Assembly (NCBI GenBank): GCA_040766745.1
Contig: JAXGPX010000001.1
Location: forward strand, 187,950 to 251,949
Direction of reading: 5' to 3'
From: Bacillota bacterium
GTDB lineage: Bacteria > Bacillota > Sulfobacillia > Fermentithermobacillales > Fermentithermobacillaceae
DNA length: 64,000 bases
Positions 55,651 to 64,000 of the stretch are shown here, piece by piece; within the stretch, counting starts at the first letter, position 1, and the number at the start of each line of letters is the position of its first letter. The notes below the pieces were generated by a model. It was not told the DNA's origin. It ran no database searches and saw only the letters and a list, made by a program, of their open reading frames with translations. Made by a program: the position numbers and the translations under genes.

Positions 55651-56445
55651 ATGCACATTATCTCGCTGTCAAGTTCAAGTAATCATGGAAACGCATATAT
55701 CGTATGGGAAGGCTCAAAGAGGCCTTTGCTCATTGACTGTGGTATGTCGCTAAGGCGGCTTGTTCAAGGATTGAGTAGTATAGGTATGGTTCCCGAGGAT
55801 CTGGCCGGTGTTTTTATAACCCACGAGCACATAGATCATGTTCGCGCCATGTGCCTGAAAACTCCGTTTCCACAGAAGTTTGGCATTCCGGTATACGCAT
55901 CAGCCGGCTTTTGGACGTGGTTTGATTCATGCCAGTGCAGCTACATAGATCCTTGCCTGATCAACTGCGTAAATAATGGCTGGAAAGGGAGCATTGCAGG
56001 CTACACGGTTCAGGCCTTCTTGAAGCCCCACGATGCCAGAGAACCAATGGGTTACAGAGTAGATGGGTCTTCTTCCAGCGCCGGTTTCGTCATGGACCTT
56101 GGGCATGTACCTCCTCAAGTGGAGGGCGTACTAAAAGGGGCCGAGTACCTTGTCTTTGAGGCGAACCATGACATCGACATGGAGATCAACTCAGGCAGGC
56201 CCAGGTTTTTGATTCAGAGGGTGATGGGGGAGTTAGGCCACCTTTCTAACGATCAAGCCGCTGATTCTTTGGGTAGATTGGTTACATCTGAAACAAAGCA
56301 GGTAATTCTTGCCCACCTGAGCATAGACTGTAACTGCCCTGAAACAGCAGTTGAAGTCATAGGCCAGAAGCTTGGCCAACTAGGGCACTGTCCGGATTTG
56401 GCCGCTGCCCCTCCGGGAAGTATCGCAGCTTATGGGAAGAAGTAA
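55651..56445 (+). CDS. MBL-fold metallo-hydrolase
   Basis: ITHEHIDHVRA (HxHxDH) motif and downstream His/Asp ligands. Confidence 0.75.
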   Translation: MHIISLSSSSNHGNAYIVWEGSKRPLLIDCGMSLRRLVQGLSSIGMVPEDLAGVFITHEHIDHVRAMCLKTPFPQKFGIPVYASAGFWTWFDSCQCSYIDPCLINCVNNGWKGSIAGYTVQAFLKPHDAREPMGYRVDGSSSSAGFVMDLGHVPPQVEGVLKGAEYLVFEANHDIDMEINSGRPRFLIQRVMGELGHLSNDQAADSLGRLVTSETKQVILAHLSIDCNCPETAVEVIGQKLGQLGHCPDLAAAPPGSIAAYGKK

Positions 56446-56460
56446 CAGAACGACCGCAGT

Positions 56461-57876
56461 TTATGCCGGAATTATGACTTCAACGTTTGCTTCGGCGACA
56501 GTTACCAGTTGTCCGTCGTCTAGCCGGACCCTAATCGCTTCCATTAGCCCCTCAGATTCAACAGGTATTTTTCCGGTTATTACCTCTTCTATGGTACCCC
56601 ATTGGCCAAAATACGGCTGACGCAGACACCTAATCCGGTCACCGGGTATTAGGTGAGCTCTCGCGATTGCCGCTGGCCGGCCTTTTGTACTCACCGGCTC
56701 AGTGCCTGGCTCAAGGGGCTCATCTGCACAGAGCTGCCTTGGGGATCCGTGGCTAACAAAAATCCATGGGCGTTTTACGCCTCCTGAGAGCCTAGTTGTC
56801 CCATCAATTGAGGCCAGACAGCCGTTGCCTTCCTTCAGAACTTGCCATGCCATATCATTCATGGGCATGAAGCCTGAGCCTTCTGTCATTATCATTGTGA
56901 ATACCAGGCCGTCAATAGCCGTATCTTGCGGATCTATTTCTTGCCCGGCGATCAAGGCCAGATCTTTTTGGTTCAGCCCCCCGGCCACAAGCCCACGGGC
57001 TCCCGAGGCCATTGCCTTTCTCATTGCCTGGTAGGTGGCACCTGCTCCTGCAGCCAGGATCTTGCCTTCAACTTCAGGACCTATGCCAGCTTCTTCCAGT
57101 ATATCCATGGGACTATCAGACATTACAGCAAGGCTTCCGTAACTCTCAGAGCCTACGCCAAACACTCCTTCCACTAAGCTTCCATAACCCTGGATGACTG
57201 CCCCTAAGTTCTCTACCGGTTTTACGATCTTACCTGGTACGTGGGCAAGTACTTTCAAGGTTTTCATAGGACGGACGATCGTTACGGTTCCTACCTTGGG
57301 GCAGATTCTCGCCACAATACCGCTTATTGGCGAGTAGACCAGTTCCAGTTCTCCTGCGTGGGGGGACCCGGCAATAATTTGGCCTTCTTGAACGTATTGT
57401 CCTTCTCTGACAGTTGTCTGAGTCCTCAACCATCGCGGGTTCATATTTAGAACTGAGCTTACCGGAACTACGGCCATGGGTTTCATAGAGTCTGGATCTT
57501 CGCTGAAGACTATTTTTGCCCCGAGCCTTGAAATGTATTGGATCATTCCATTACACGGAGCCGGTATTTCGGTAACCAGGCCTGTCGTTTCATCCTTGAA
57601 CCTGGCAACCGGTTCGCCGAAAGACACTCTTTCGCCAGGTTGTTTGATCATTGCCTTGTCAACAATATAGGGTGTTATTTTTGTCTTCAGCTCAGCCTGA
57701 AGGTCAATCACTCTAGGGCTTTCCTTTAGGTAGTCCGTCTTTGCTATGATGGCCGAAGGGCCTACAACATCTCCTGCCTTCACCAGAACCTTACCGGGGG
57801 AAGGAAGTGTCCGGGTTTTCAAGATATGTGTGTTCTTCCTGATTACGATTCTAGAGAATATGGCCATATCAATCAT
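56461..57876 (-). CDS. Uncharacterised 471-aa protein with hybrid-barrel/biotinyl-like segments; partner of the GlmL-like ATPase
   Basis: Long ORF overlapping the upstream gene's stop by 4 nt (operon). No confidently recognised domain. Confidence 0.5.
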   Translation of the reverse strand: MIDMAIFSRIVIRKNTHILKTRTLPSPGKVLVKAGDVVGPSAIIAKTDYLKESPRVIDLQAELKTKITPYIVDKAMIKQPGERVSFGEPVARFKDETTGLVTEIPAPCNGMIQYISRLGAKIVFSEDPDSMKPMAVVPVSSVLNMNPRWLRTQTTVREGQYVQEGQIIAGSPHAGELELVYSPISGIVARICPKVGTVTIVRPMKTLKVLAHVPGKIVKPVENLGAVIQGYGSLVEGVFGVGSESYGSLAVMSDSPMDILEEAGIGPEVEGKILAAGAGATYQAMRKAMASGARGLVAGGLNQKDLALIAGQEIDPQDTAIDGLVFTMIMTEGSGFMPMNDMAWQVLKEGNGCLASIDGTTRLSGGVKRPWIFVSHGSPRQLCADEPLEPGTEPVSTKGRPAAIARAHLIPGDRIRCLRQPYFGQWGTIEEVITGKIPVESEGLMEAIRVRLDDGQLVTVAEANVEVIIPA

Positions 57877-59693
57877 CCTTCACTGCCGGAATAAGTCTGT
57901 TTCCTGGCATCTGCCATTATTGCTTCTCCTGGGTATATACCCAATGTTTCATACCAGTTTCCAAGCGTTGCCTTGCGTATGCTATTATCCTGGGGCAGGG
58001 AAAGGGGCCTGCCTCTCCCGTCAAGAATTAAGCCCATATGACTGTTCAACACTGTGGCTTGCACGGGGTTGCCTTTTCCGGCTCCTGCGTCAAAGTCTCT
58101 TCTTGGCGTGATTTCCACCTCTATACTCGATGGACTCTCAAAGCGGACAACTGAAATCTCGCCGGCAACAATGTCATGGCTTGAACCGCCAAACCGTACC
58201 GTGGCAATAGGTGTTCCTAATTTGATGCGGGGCCCCACAGGAGCAATACATGTGGCGGCAAAACTTAGTGCATCAATGCCTGGGACTGGTTCTTCGGTGC
58301 AACTGAGTGCACAAAGAGTGCCTGCATAGGGGAGAAAGGCTCCTTCGTCCAGGTAAATATCGGTAACACCTTCAGGTTGAATTCCGTCAAGCACCATCGA
58401 TACAGCCTGGCTGCGCCTGGGAGCATTTGATATGACACCTCCCAAACCTACTACGGCACCGGTTCTTAATAGGTCTACCAGTGTGTTTCCGGTGCCGTGC
58501 TGAGTAAAGACGTCGCCTACTTGCCTCTGGATTTTTATGCCTTTAAGTCCTGTTACAAGAGAACGGTGGTGCTTCAGGGACAATCTAATGGCTTCTCTTG
58601 CAAAAGCCTGCTCAAGCATAAGTTCTTCCATGGTTTGGGGCAGGGTGGTCGGCCTGATCATCTTGTTAAGGTGCCAATTACGTACAAGGCCGTCATCTTC
58701 GTCCATTGGAAGCCACCGGCTTATGAACTCAGGCTTTGTTTCCTGGAGTATGCTGCCCATACTGTGAGACATCCCGACGTTTGCAAGGACGCTGCGGTAA
58801 AATTGGCCATTGATCATGGAAAAAACATCAGTTGTGGCGCCTCCTACGTCGACTGCCAGGACGTCTTGATTGCTTCTTGACGCCAGGCGGGTAAGGGCTG
58901 ATCCGATTGCCACAGGAGTTGGCTTTACCTTGCCCCGGGCCCAAAGGGCTAAAGTCTTGAACCCAGGGGCATTTGACATAACGTGCTCAAGAAAAATCTT
59001 CTGGATTGCCTCGCGTACAGGTTGAAGTGATTCCCTTTCCATTGTTGGGCGGATATTTTCAACACATATGACGTCCATTGAATCTCCGATTATCTCTTTC
59101 AGGTAAGGTTGGGCATCGATGTTGCCTGCATAAACCAACGGAGTCCTCGTTTGGCCCTTGAAACGAGGTTCCGGTGCAGCCAAAGATATAAATTCTGCCA
59201 GGGCCAGAACGTCTGATATGTTGCCTCCGTCTGTTCCGCCTGTAACCAGAATCATGTCGCATGGTATGTTCCTAACTTGCTCAAGGTTTCTCAACGCGGT
59301 ATTGGCCTTATTAAGGGATATTACGTTGGTAACGACGGCACCTGCTCCAAGGGCCGCTCTGTGGCCCGATTCTGCAGTGATCTTCTCAGTAAGCCCGGCC
59401 ACAAGTACCTGAAGTCCACCTCCGGCACTGGAAGTTGAGGCGAACCAATCAACACCCCCTGAATCACCTGAGGGAGAAACAAGGTGCCTTCCGGAAAGGA
59501 GTTCAACTCCGGTCCAGGATTCGAGTTTCTGAATAGCCCTTCGTAAACCGCTCATTACATCAAGCTCAGGTACGTCTACTGTAGTAGGCGCTGTTGCCCT
59601 ATGAACGATGTGCCATTTACCTGCGTTTCTCTCCAGAAGGGACACTTTGGTAAAGGTAGTGCCAACATCTGCAATAAGTATGCGTTCAGGCAT
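57873..59693 (-). CDS. GlmL/MutL (glutamate-mutase accessory protein)-family ASKHA-fold ATPase with a ~160-aa C-terminal extension
   Basis: N-terminal ILIADVGTTFTKVSL and DVGGATTDVFS actin-like ATPase motifs typical of GlmL. Internal ATG 59693 has GGAGGG 9 nt upstream. No mutase E/S genes nearby. Confidence 0.6.
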   Translation of the reverse strand: MPERILIADVGTTFTKVSLLERNAGKWHIVHRATAPTTVDVPELDVMSGLRRAIQKLESWTGVELLSGRHLVSPSGDSGGVDWFASTSSAGGGLQVLVAGLTEKITAESGHRAALGAGAVVTNVISLNKANTALRNLEQVRNIPCDMILVTGGTDGGNISDVLALAEFISLAAPEPRFKGQTRTPLVYAGNIDAQPYLKEIIGDSMDVICVENIRPTMERESLQPVREAIQKIFLEHVMSNAPGFKTLALWARGKVKPTPVAIGSALTRLASRSNQDVLAVDVGGATTDVFSMINGQFYRSVLANVGMSHSMGSILQETKPEFISRWLPMDEDDGLVRNWHLNKMIRPTTLPQTMEELMLEQAFAREAIRLSLKHHRSLVTGLKGIKIQRQVGDVFTQHGTGNTLVDLLRTGAVVGLGGVISNAPRRSQAVSMVLDGIQPEGVTDIYLDEGAFLPYAGTLCALSCTEEPVPGIDALSFAATCIAPVGPRIKLGTPIATVRFGGSSHDIVAGEISVVRFESPSSIEVEITPRRDFDAGAGKGNPVQATVLNSHMGLILDGRGRPLSLPQDNSIRKATLGNWYETLGIYPGEAIMADARKQTYSGSEG

Positions 59694-59713
59694 TCTATGT
59701 TCCCTCCATCTGG

Positions 59714-60937
59714 TCAAATACCTCCGCAAAGGCCACAATTTGCGCATGAGGGATTTGAGACCACATATACCGGCCTATTGCTCAGAAGCTGGTCGCAATT
59801 TGCGTTTCTTACTAGCCTGAGCGGCAGCCAGACTCCTGCAGCTAGAGTGAGGGCCCCGATAATAGATGCTACTGCATAAGCGCCCCAGGGCAAAACCGAT
59901 CCTGTGTCAAGGAAACGAACCAGGTACTTTCCGGCAAAGATTCCCAGGATGATACTGGGGGTACCAAGATAGGCTGCTTCTAGTGACATTGTCCGCCGCA
60001 GGTCTGCGACCGTGCTTCCAAGTACCCTGAGAATCCCCAGTGAGCGCTTCCTGCCAAGGAAAGAAACTGTTAGAACGCATGTAATTGCTGTAGCTGCAGC
60101 CAGCAACACTATCAACGATATGAATTGCCAGTAGGAGAAAGCGCCTTTTGTTGCATTTTCAAGGGATACTTTGCCTGAAAACGGCGTGATCACCCTTGCT
60201 CCGCGGGCAGAGTTTTCAAGTTCCCGGAAAAGCCTATCTCTTAGGGGTGATGTTGAGTATGTCTTAGAAGCTGTAATCAATAAACCAGGGGCCTGCCCTG
60301 GCAGTTTCTCCAGTACAGACGGGTTTACCGATGCCCACCCATAAAGGCTGTAAGGAGCCGGTGCCTTATCCCCTTTGCTTGTTTCCGGTGCAATCACATT
60401 TTTCCATTGGAACCTGGTGGCCGGATTGCCAGGGCTCCACGCTATCAGTTCATGATTGGTTTTGTCTGCATCTGTCTCTCGTACAAACGGAAAAAGAAAC
60501 TCAATTGTGTCCTCTGGTAAATGGGTGCCCGTGCCGATTAGGAATAACCGGCCACATCCGGCTTCAACTTCTCCACATAGGACCGGCTCAAGGGTTGCCC
60601 TGTGTGAAAGAGTTCTGCTTCTCTTCATGAAATCATCTGCATCTTCCTGGTTTGAAAAGACCACGAACCCATCGAAAGGCAGGCCTGCTTCATGTACTTT
60701 GGCAGACAGGACTTCTACGTTCCTGGCAATTATTGTGGTGATAAGGAAAGAGACTGTGACGCTGAGAAATACTGAGCATGCCACGAAAATCGCAAATGCC
60801 GGCGTGTACCGGATTCTGCGGCCGGCAATCAGCCTGTATACAGGAAACGCGTTGGCCTTGGGACGCTTGATTGTAAGGGGCTGCCCAAGAGAGTACGAAG
60901 GCCGCGGGTTAGCCGGGCTGTTAGATGAGCGTGCCAT
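59714..60937 (-). CDS. ABC transporter permease, FtsX/MacB-like
   Basis: C-terminal FtsX-type four-helix bundle region (LGILRVLGSTVADLRRTMSLEAAYLG). The large extracytoplasmic loop sits between TM1 and TM2. Confidence 0.7.
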   Translation of the reverse strand: MARSSNSPANPRPSYSLGQPLTIKRPKANAFPVYRLIAGRRIRYTPAFAIFVACSVFLSVTVSFLITTIIARNVEVLSAKVHEAGLPFDGFVVFSNQEDADDFMKRSRTLSHRATLEPVLCGEVEAGCGRLFLIGTGTHLPEDTIEFLFPFVRETDADKTNHELIAWSPGNPATRFQWKNVIAPETSKGDKAPAPYSLYGWASVNPSVLEKLPGQAPGLLITASKTYSTSPLRDRLFRELENSARGARVITPFSGKVSLENATKGAFSYWQFISLIVLLAAATAITCVLTVSFLGRKRSLGILRVLGSTVADLRRTMSLEAAYLGTPSIILGIFAGKYLVRFLDTGSVLPWGAYAVASIIGALTLAAGVWLPLRLVRNANCDQLLSNRPVYVVSNPSCANCGLCGGI

Positions 60938-61631
60938 GGCTATCGCTCCTCTCGTAGACCTCGCCGTCTCTTAGCTGTATCACAACGTCTGCATACTCCA
61001 AGAATGCCGGGTCATGGGTGGCAATAATGAAAGTTTGCTTTTCTTCCTTGTTGAACTTAGAGAAAAGCTCCATGATCTCTCTTGAGCGAGTTGAATCAAG
61101 GTTGCCGGTTGGTTCGTCTGCCAGGACCACTGCCGGCCTTGTTGAGAGAGCTCTGCATATGGCGACTCGCTGTTGCTCGCCTCCGCTGAGTTCTGACGGG
61201 TAATGTTTTTGCCTTTCGAGAAGGCCCACTGAACCAAGCAGATATGAAGTTCTTTCTGAGATTTCGTTGTCTTTGTAACCGGCAAGCCTCATAGGTAAGC
61301 CGATGTTTTCCACTGCCGTCAGTTCAGGAAGCAGGTTGAAGAACTGAAATACCATACCGATTTCTGTCCTTCTCAATATGGCAAGATCATCTTCTGAAAG
61401 TCGCGAAAACTTTCTACCCTTCAAGATGACCTCGCCGTGGCTTGGCCTGTCTATGCCTCCCAAAATGTTTAGAAGAGTGCTTTTGCCTGAGCCTGAAGGG
61501 CCCATGATAACCACAAACCAGCCTTCCTGAACATCTACCTCCACGTCTCTCAATGCAAACAACCCGTCGCCAACGGGGTAAAATTTCGATATTTCATGGC
61601 AACTTATGATAGGGCCGGTCCATCTATTCAC
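60921..61631 (-). CDS. ABC transporter ATP-binding protein (MacB/LolD-like)
   Basis: Walker A GPSGSGKST, signature LSGGEQQRVAICRAL, Walker B VVLADEPTGNLD. Start set at the internal GTG (61631) with GGAGGTG 8 nt upstream. Confidence 0.8.
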   Translation of the reverse strand: MNRWTGPIISCHEISKFYPVGDGLFALRDVEVDVQEGWFVVIMGPSGSGKSTLLNILGGIDRPSHGEVILKGRKFSRLSEDDLAILRRTEIGMVFQFFNLLPELTAVENIGLPMRLAGYKDNEISERTSYLLGSVGLLERQKHYPSELSGGEQQRVAICRALSTRPAVVLADEPTGNLDSTRSREIMELFSKFNKEEKQTFIIATHDPAFLEYADVVIQLRDGEVYERSDSHGTLI

Positions 61632-63084
61632 GGCTAAGCACCTCCGAACAGGATAGTCGGGACGCCCATGAAGCGATTCCGAAGCCAATTGCTAAAGATA
61701 TGCCAAGTGAAATACATGTAATTTTGGCAAAATCGCTAAGGGCTTGAGCAAACCATTCTCCAATTGAAAGATCTGATCCGAGAAGAGTCACAAGATAGAG
61801 GAGGTTGCCAAGGACAGCCCCTGAAACAGTTCCAATGGCCGAAACATAGGCAACCAGCGTAAGGACGTATTGTATGATATCTCTTGATGTAGCGCCTACT
61901 ACTCTCAACAGGCCGATTTTCCGTTTTTGCTGTACAACTGTGATGTAGATATTGCCTGCAACCACCACGCTTGCAAACCCAATTATGAGTGAAGTGAAGA
62001 CTGAATGAAGGTCAGGGGGCATTACTACGTGGTTGCGGGCTTTTGCAGTATATGATAATGCCTCAGGTACTGCATATACCCCATAGTCACTTCCAAGGGC
62101 CTCTCTTACAAGCCTTGTGGTTTCCCGCAGTTGAGACATTCTGTCAACTGTTAAAGTGATCTGGTAACTTGGAAAGTTCAGGCCAAAAGATTCTAGGTAC
62201 TCATTTTTGAGCCTGGGGTTCAGATCCTCGATTATGCTTTCAAATGCCTCTACAGGGATGATAACTTCGGGCCGGATCCAAAACACCGGGATCATCGGGG
62301 GAGGGTCAGGTGAATTCCTTGCTGCTTCATAGTCTGGCGTTTCACCTACCTGGATCTGATACCCTCCTGTAACCGTGAACGAGTATTGTTTTGCTTCATC
62401 CCATGAGATGCCTGCATATAAAAAGGGCTTTCCGGCAGGAGAAACAGATTTGGTGATAACGGCGTTTGGGACAGATATGGTCAATTTGTCATCAGGCTTT
62501 ACTTTCTCAAAGCCTTTGATTTGAAGAGGAATAAGAGCCTGATGGCTTTCTGCGCTTGTATTGGTTAAAGGATCTCCTAATGCCACATGGGGGTCCAGAG
62601 GATACTCAGACTCAAGATCATATCCCCTGAGTATGGCCGGAATCCTTCTGTTATCAACAGTCACGATACATGGCAGTGAACGGTAGGCCGAAATACCCTT
62701 TATATTGGGAATATCCCTGATTTCCTCGAGAATTTGATTGGGAACCATGGCCCGCCATCCTGCACATTCCTCTTCTGTAAGATATCCGGTTGAGCCAGTC
62801 TCAGGAAAGTAGTAGAGGAGGTGAGACTGCCAATCGCTGCCTTGCCAGTTTCGCCAAACCAGCATGGGAGTGTCTGTCGACGATAAGGGAGTGTGGGCAG
62901 GAAAAATAACGATGTCTCCTCCCGAGAATGTTCGTTCAGGCAAGGCAACCCCCAGGTTATAGCCTTCTGGGATGACCCGGAGCAGGATTACGATCATGGC
63001 CGCCAGGGCAGATGCTATGACAGCCACAAGCGTCCGCGTTGGGTTTCGCCGGACTTCGGCCATAGCAAGTCTTGCAAAATCCAA
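61624..63084 (-). CDS. ABC transporter permease, FtsX/MacB-like with a large extracytoplasmic domain
   Basis: N-terminus MDFARLAMAEVRRNPTRTLVAVIA is typical of FtsX-family permeases. C-terminal FtsX region (IGLLRVVGATSRDIIQYV). Confidence 0.7.
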   Translation of the reverse strand: MDFARLAMAEVRRNPTRTLVAVIASALAAMIVILLRVIPEGYNLGVALPERTFSGGDIVIFPAHTPLSSTDTPMLVWRNWQGSDWQSHLLYYFPETGSTGYLTEEECAGWRAMVPNQILEEIRDIPNIKGISAYRSLPCIVTVDNRRIPAILRGYDLESEYPLDPHVALGDPLTNTSAESHQALIPLQIKGFEKVKPDDKLTISVPNAVITKSVSPAGKPFLYAGISWDEAKQYSFTVTGGYQIQVGETPDYEAARNSPDPPPMIPVFWIRPEVIIPVEAFESIIEDLNPRLKNEYLESFGLNFPSYQITLTVDRMSQLRETTRLVREALGSDYGVYAVPEALSYTAKARNHVVMPPDLHSVFTSLIIGFASVVVAGNIYITVVQQKRKIGLLRVVGATSRDIIQYVLTLVAYVSAIGTVSGAVLGNLLYLVTLLGSDLSIGEWFAQALSDFAKITCISLGISLAIGFGIASWASRLSCSEVLSRE

Positions 63085-63311
63085 ATGTTCTCACCTACCT
63101 CGATGCTTGATGTTCACAGGGTTGATATGCTGTCGCTACTTACTCTCTTTTCGATGCTGCGGGGAATACTCCTTCTGTACCCGAAAATTCTTCCCTGCAA
63201 CGGGGGGAACGGGGGGACGGTTCGCGCGTTCCACATTCAGTGAAAACACACCGACAAAACACGGGGAAGCAAACACCAATCACATTGCTTCAACAGACTG
63301 TATACATTTTA

Positions 63312-63340
63312 TTGACACAGGGTGCTGGCTCACCTAGAAT
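63312..63340 (+). promoter_or_regulatory. Strong sigma-A-type promoter (TTGACA-17-TAGAAT) upstream of speH
   Basis: ttgaca cagggtgctggctcacc tagaat, read directly. Confidence 0.55.
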
Positions 63341-63402
63341 GGCATTGGTTCAGTTTTATCTGGTCCTCGGGATTTTATTCCTGAAAGGGGGCTGAGACAA
63401 AT

Positions 63403-63774
63403 ATGCAGGGGCTGGGCCGTCATGTTCTGGCTGAGGTCTACGGGTGTGGGTTCGACATCCTAAATGACCTCGAGAGGATCCGAGAGATCTTGGTCAGTGC
63501 GGCTCTCTCCGCCGGAGCGGAAGTGTTAGAAACAACCTTCCACCGGTTTTCGCCCCAGGGAATAAGCGGCGTTGTGGTCATATCAGAGTCACACCTGGCG
63601 ATTCATACATGGCCTGAGCTGGGTTACGCTGCTGTAGACGTGTTCACATGCGGTGATCATGTTGATCCCTGGGTTGCAGTGGAGGCCATAGTCAAGGAGT
63701 TCGGAGCGACGTCAGTAACGGCAACTGAAGTAAAGCGAGGGGTTTTTTCAAAGTCCGTAGAAGCGGCCAGTTAG
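63403..63774 (+). CDS. speH: S-adenosylmethionine decarboxylase proenzyme (class 1b, pyruvoyl-dependent)
   Basis: GRHVLAEVYGC...VVVISESHLAIHTWPE, with the ES/S self-cleavage site. Confidence 0.85.
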   Translation: MQGLGRHVLAEVYGCGFDILNDLERIREILVSAALSAGAEVLETTFHRFSPQGISGVVVISESHLAIHTWPELGYAAVDVFTCGDHVDPWVAVEAIVKEFGATSVTATEVKRGVFSKSVEAAS

Positions 63775-64000
63775 CCAATAAGCTACGGGAAAGGTGATGG
63801 CATATTGTAGGTTCAGATGAGGACGGAACGCTAAAAGAGTAGGCCCTGCGAGGAATCTAAGAACGCAGGGTCTAGTCTTTTTATACAGGCATTTCGAGCC
63901 CTATGTGGTAAGTGGAGTGCCTTTAGATATTTTGAGTGCCATAATGGTTTAGTAATCCCGAAATTCAAGGAGATTGGAAGTATACTATAGAGGGATCACC

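Noticed and set aside
63195-63225. G-rich direct repeat aacggggggaacggggggacgg as a G-quadruplex or regulatory element
   Set aside because: There are only two G6 runs with a 3-nt spacer, there is no conservation evidence, and it lies far upstream of the speH promoter, so support is too weak.

Overview
This 64-kb window is chromosomal DNA of roughly 50% GC from an anaerobic, spore-forming Firmicute, probably of the class Clostridia. Sporulation genes (spoIIP, YIEGIA, spoIVA), SLH-domain surface proteins, [NiFe] and [FeFe] hydrogenases and lipobox signal peptides support that assignment. Gene content by region: (1) 1-11.6 kb is a conserved housekeeping and sporulation block (ispH-S1 fusion, spoIIP, YIEGIA protein, DUF512 protein, der, plsY, gpsA, spoIVA). 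(2) 11.9-15.7 kb holds a PatB/MalY-type C-S lyase and a 654-aa HTH-TPR regulator sitting behind a small secreted proline-rich tandem-repeat peptide gene and a perfect palindrome. (3) 16-21 kb holds a cytoplasmic [NiFe] hydrogenase with non-canonical motifs plus its maturation protease, and an extracellular FMN-binding / FAD-flavoprotein lipoprotein pair. (4) 21.4-24.3 kb holds an SDR-type epimerase, a MarR regulator and an HD-domain protein. (5) 24.3-25.1 kb holds a 172-bp tandem repeat array followed by tRNA-Pro(GGG). (6) 25.5-33.2 kb is a lower-GC segment with a transmembrane LuxR-type regulator and a 1.86-kaa SLH-anchored coiled-coil/Big_2 surface protein, which may be an island. (7) 33-41 kb holds transporters, an internally duplicated lipoprotein and the ApbE FAD:protein FMN transferase. 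(8) 42-45 kb holds a four-gene operon of uncharacterised membrane proteins preceded by three phased 18-bp direct repeats. (9) 45-53 kb holds a class V aminotransferase, two CNNM/CorC transporters and a two-subunit NuoF/GltD-like + [FeFe]-hydrogenase module. (10) 53-64 kb holds a divergent YchF-like ATPase, a tandem-GGDEF protein, an MBL hydrolase, an orphan GlmL/MutL-like ASKHA ATPase with a partner of unknown function, a MacB/FtsX-type ABC transporter and speH. The most interesting candidates for undescribed biology are the peptide-regulator pair at 13-15.7 kb, the membrane operon with its repeat leader at 42-45 kb, the repeat array at the tRNA, and the atypical [NiFe] hydrogenase. All calls come from reading the sequence and the supplied ORF translations. 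No database searches were run.
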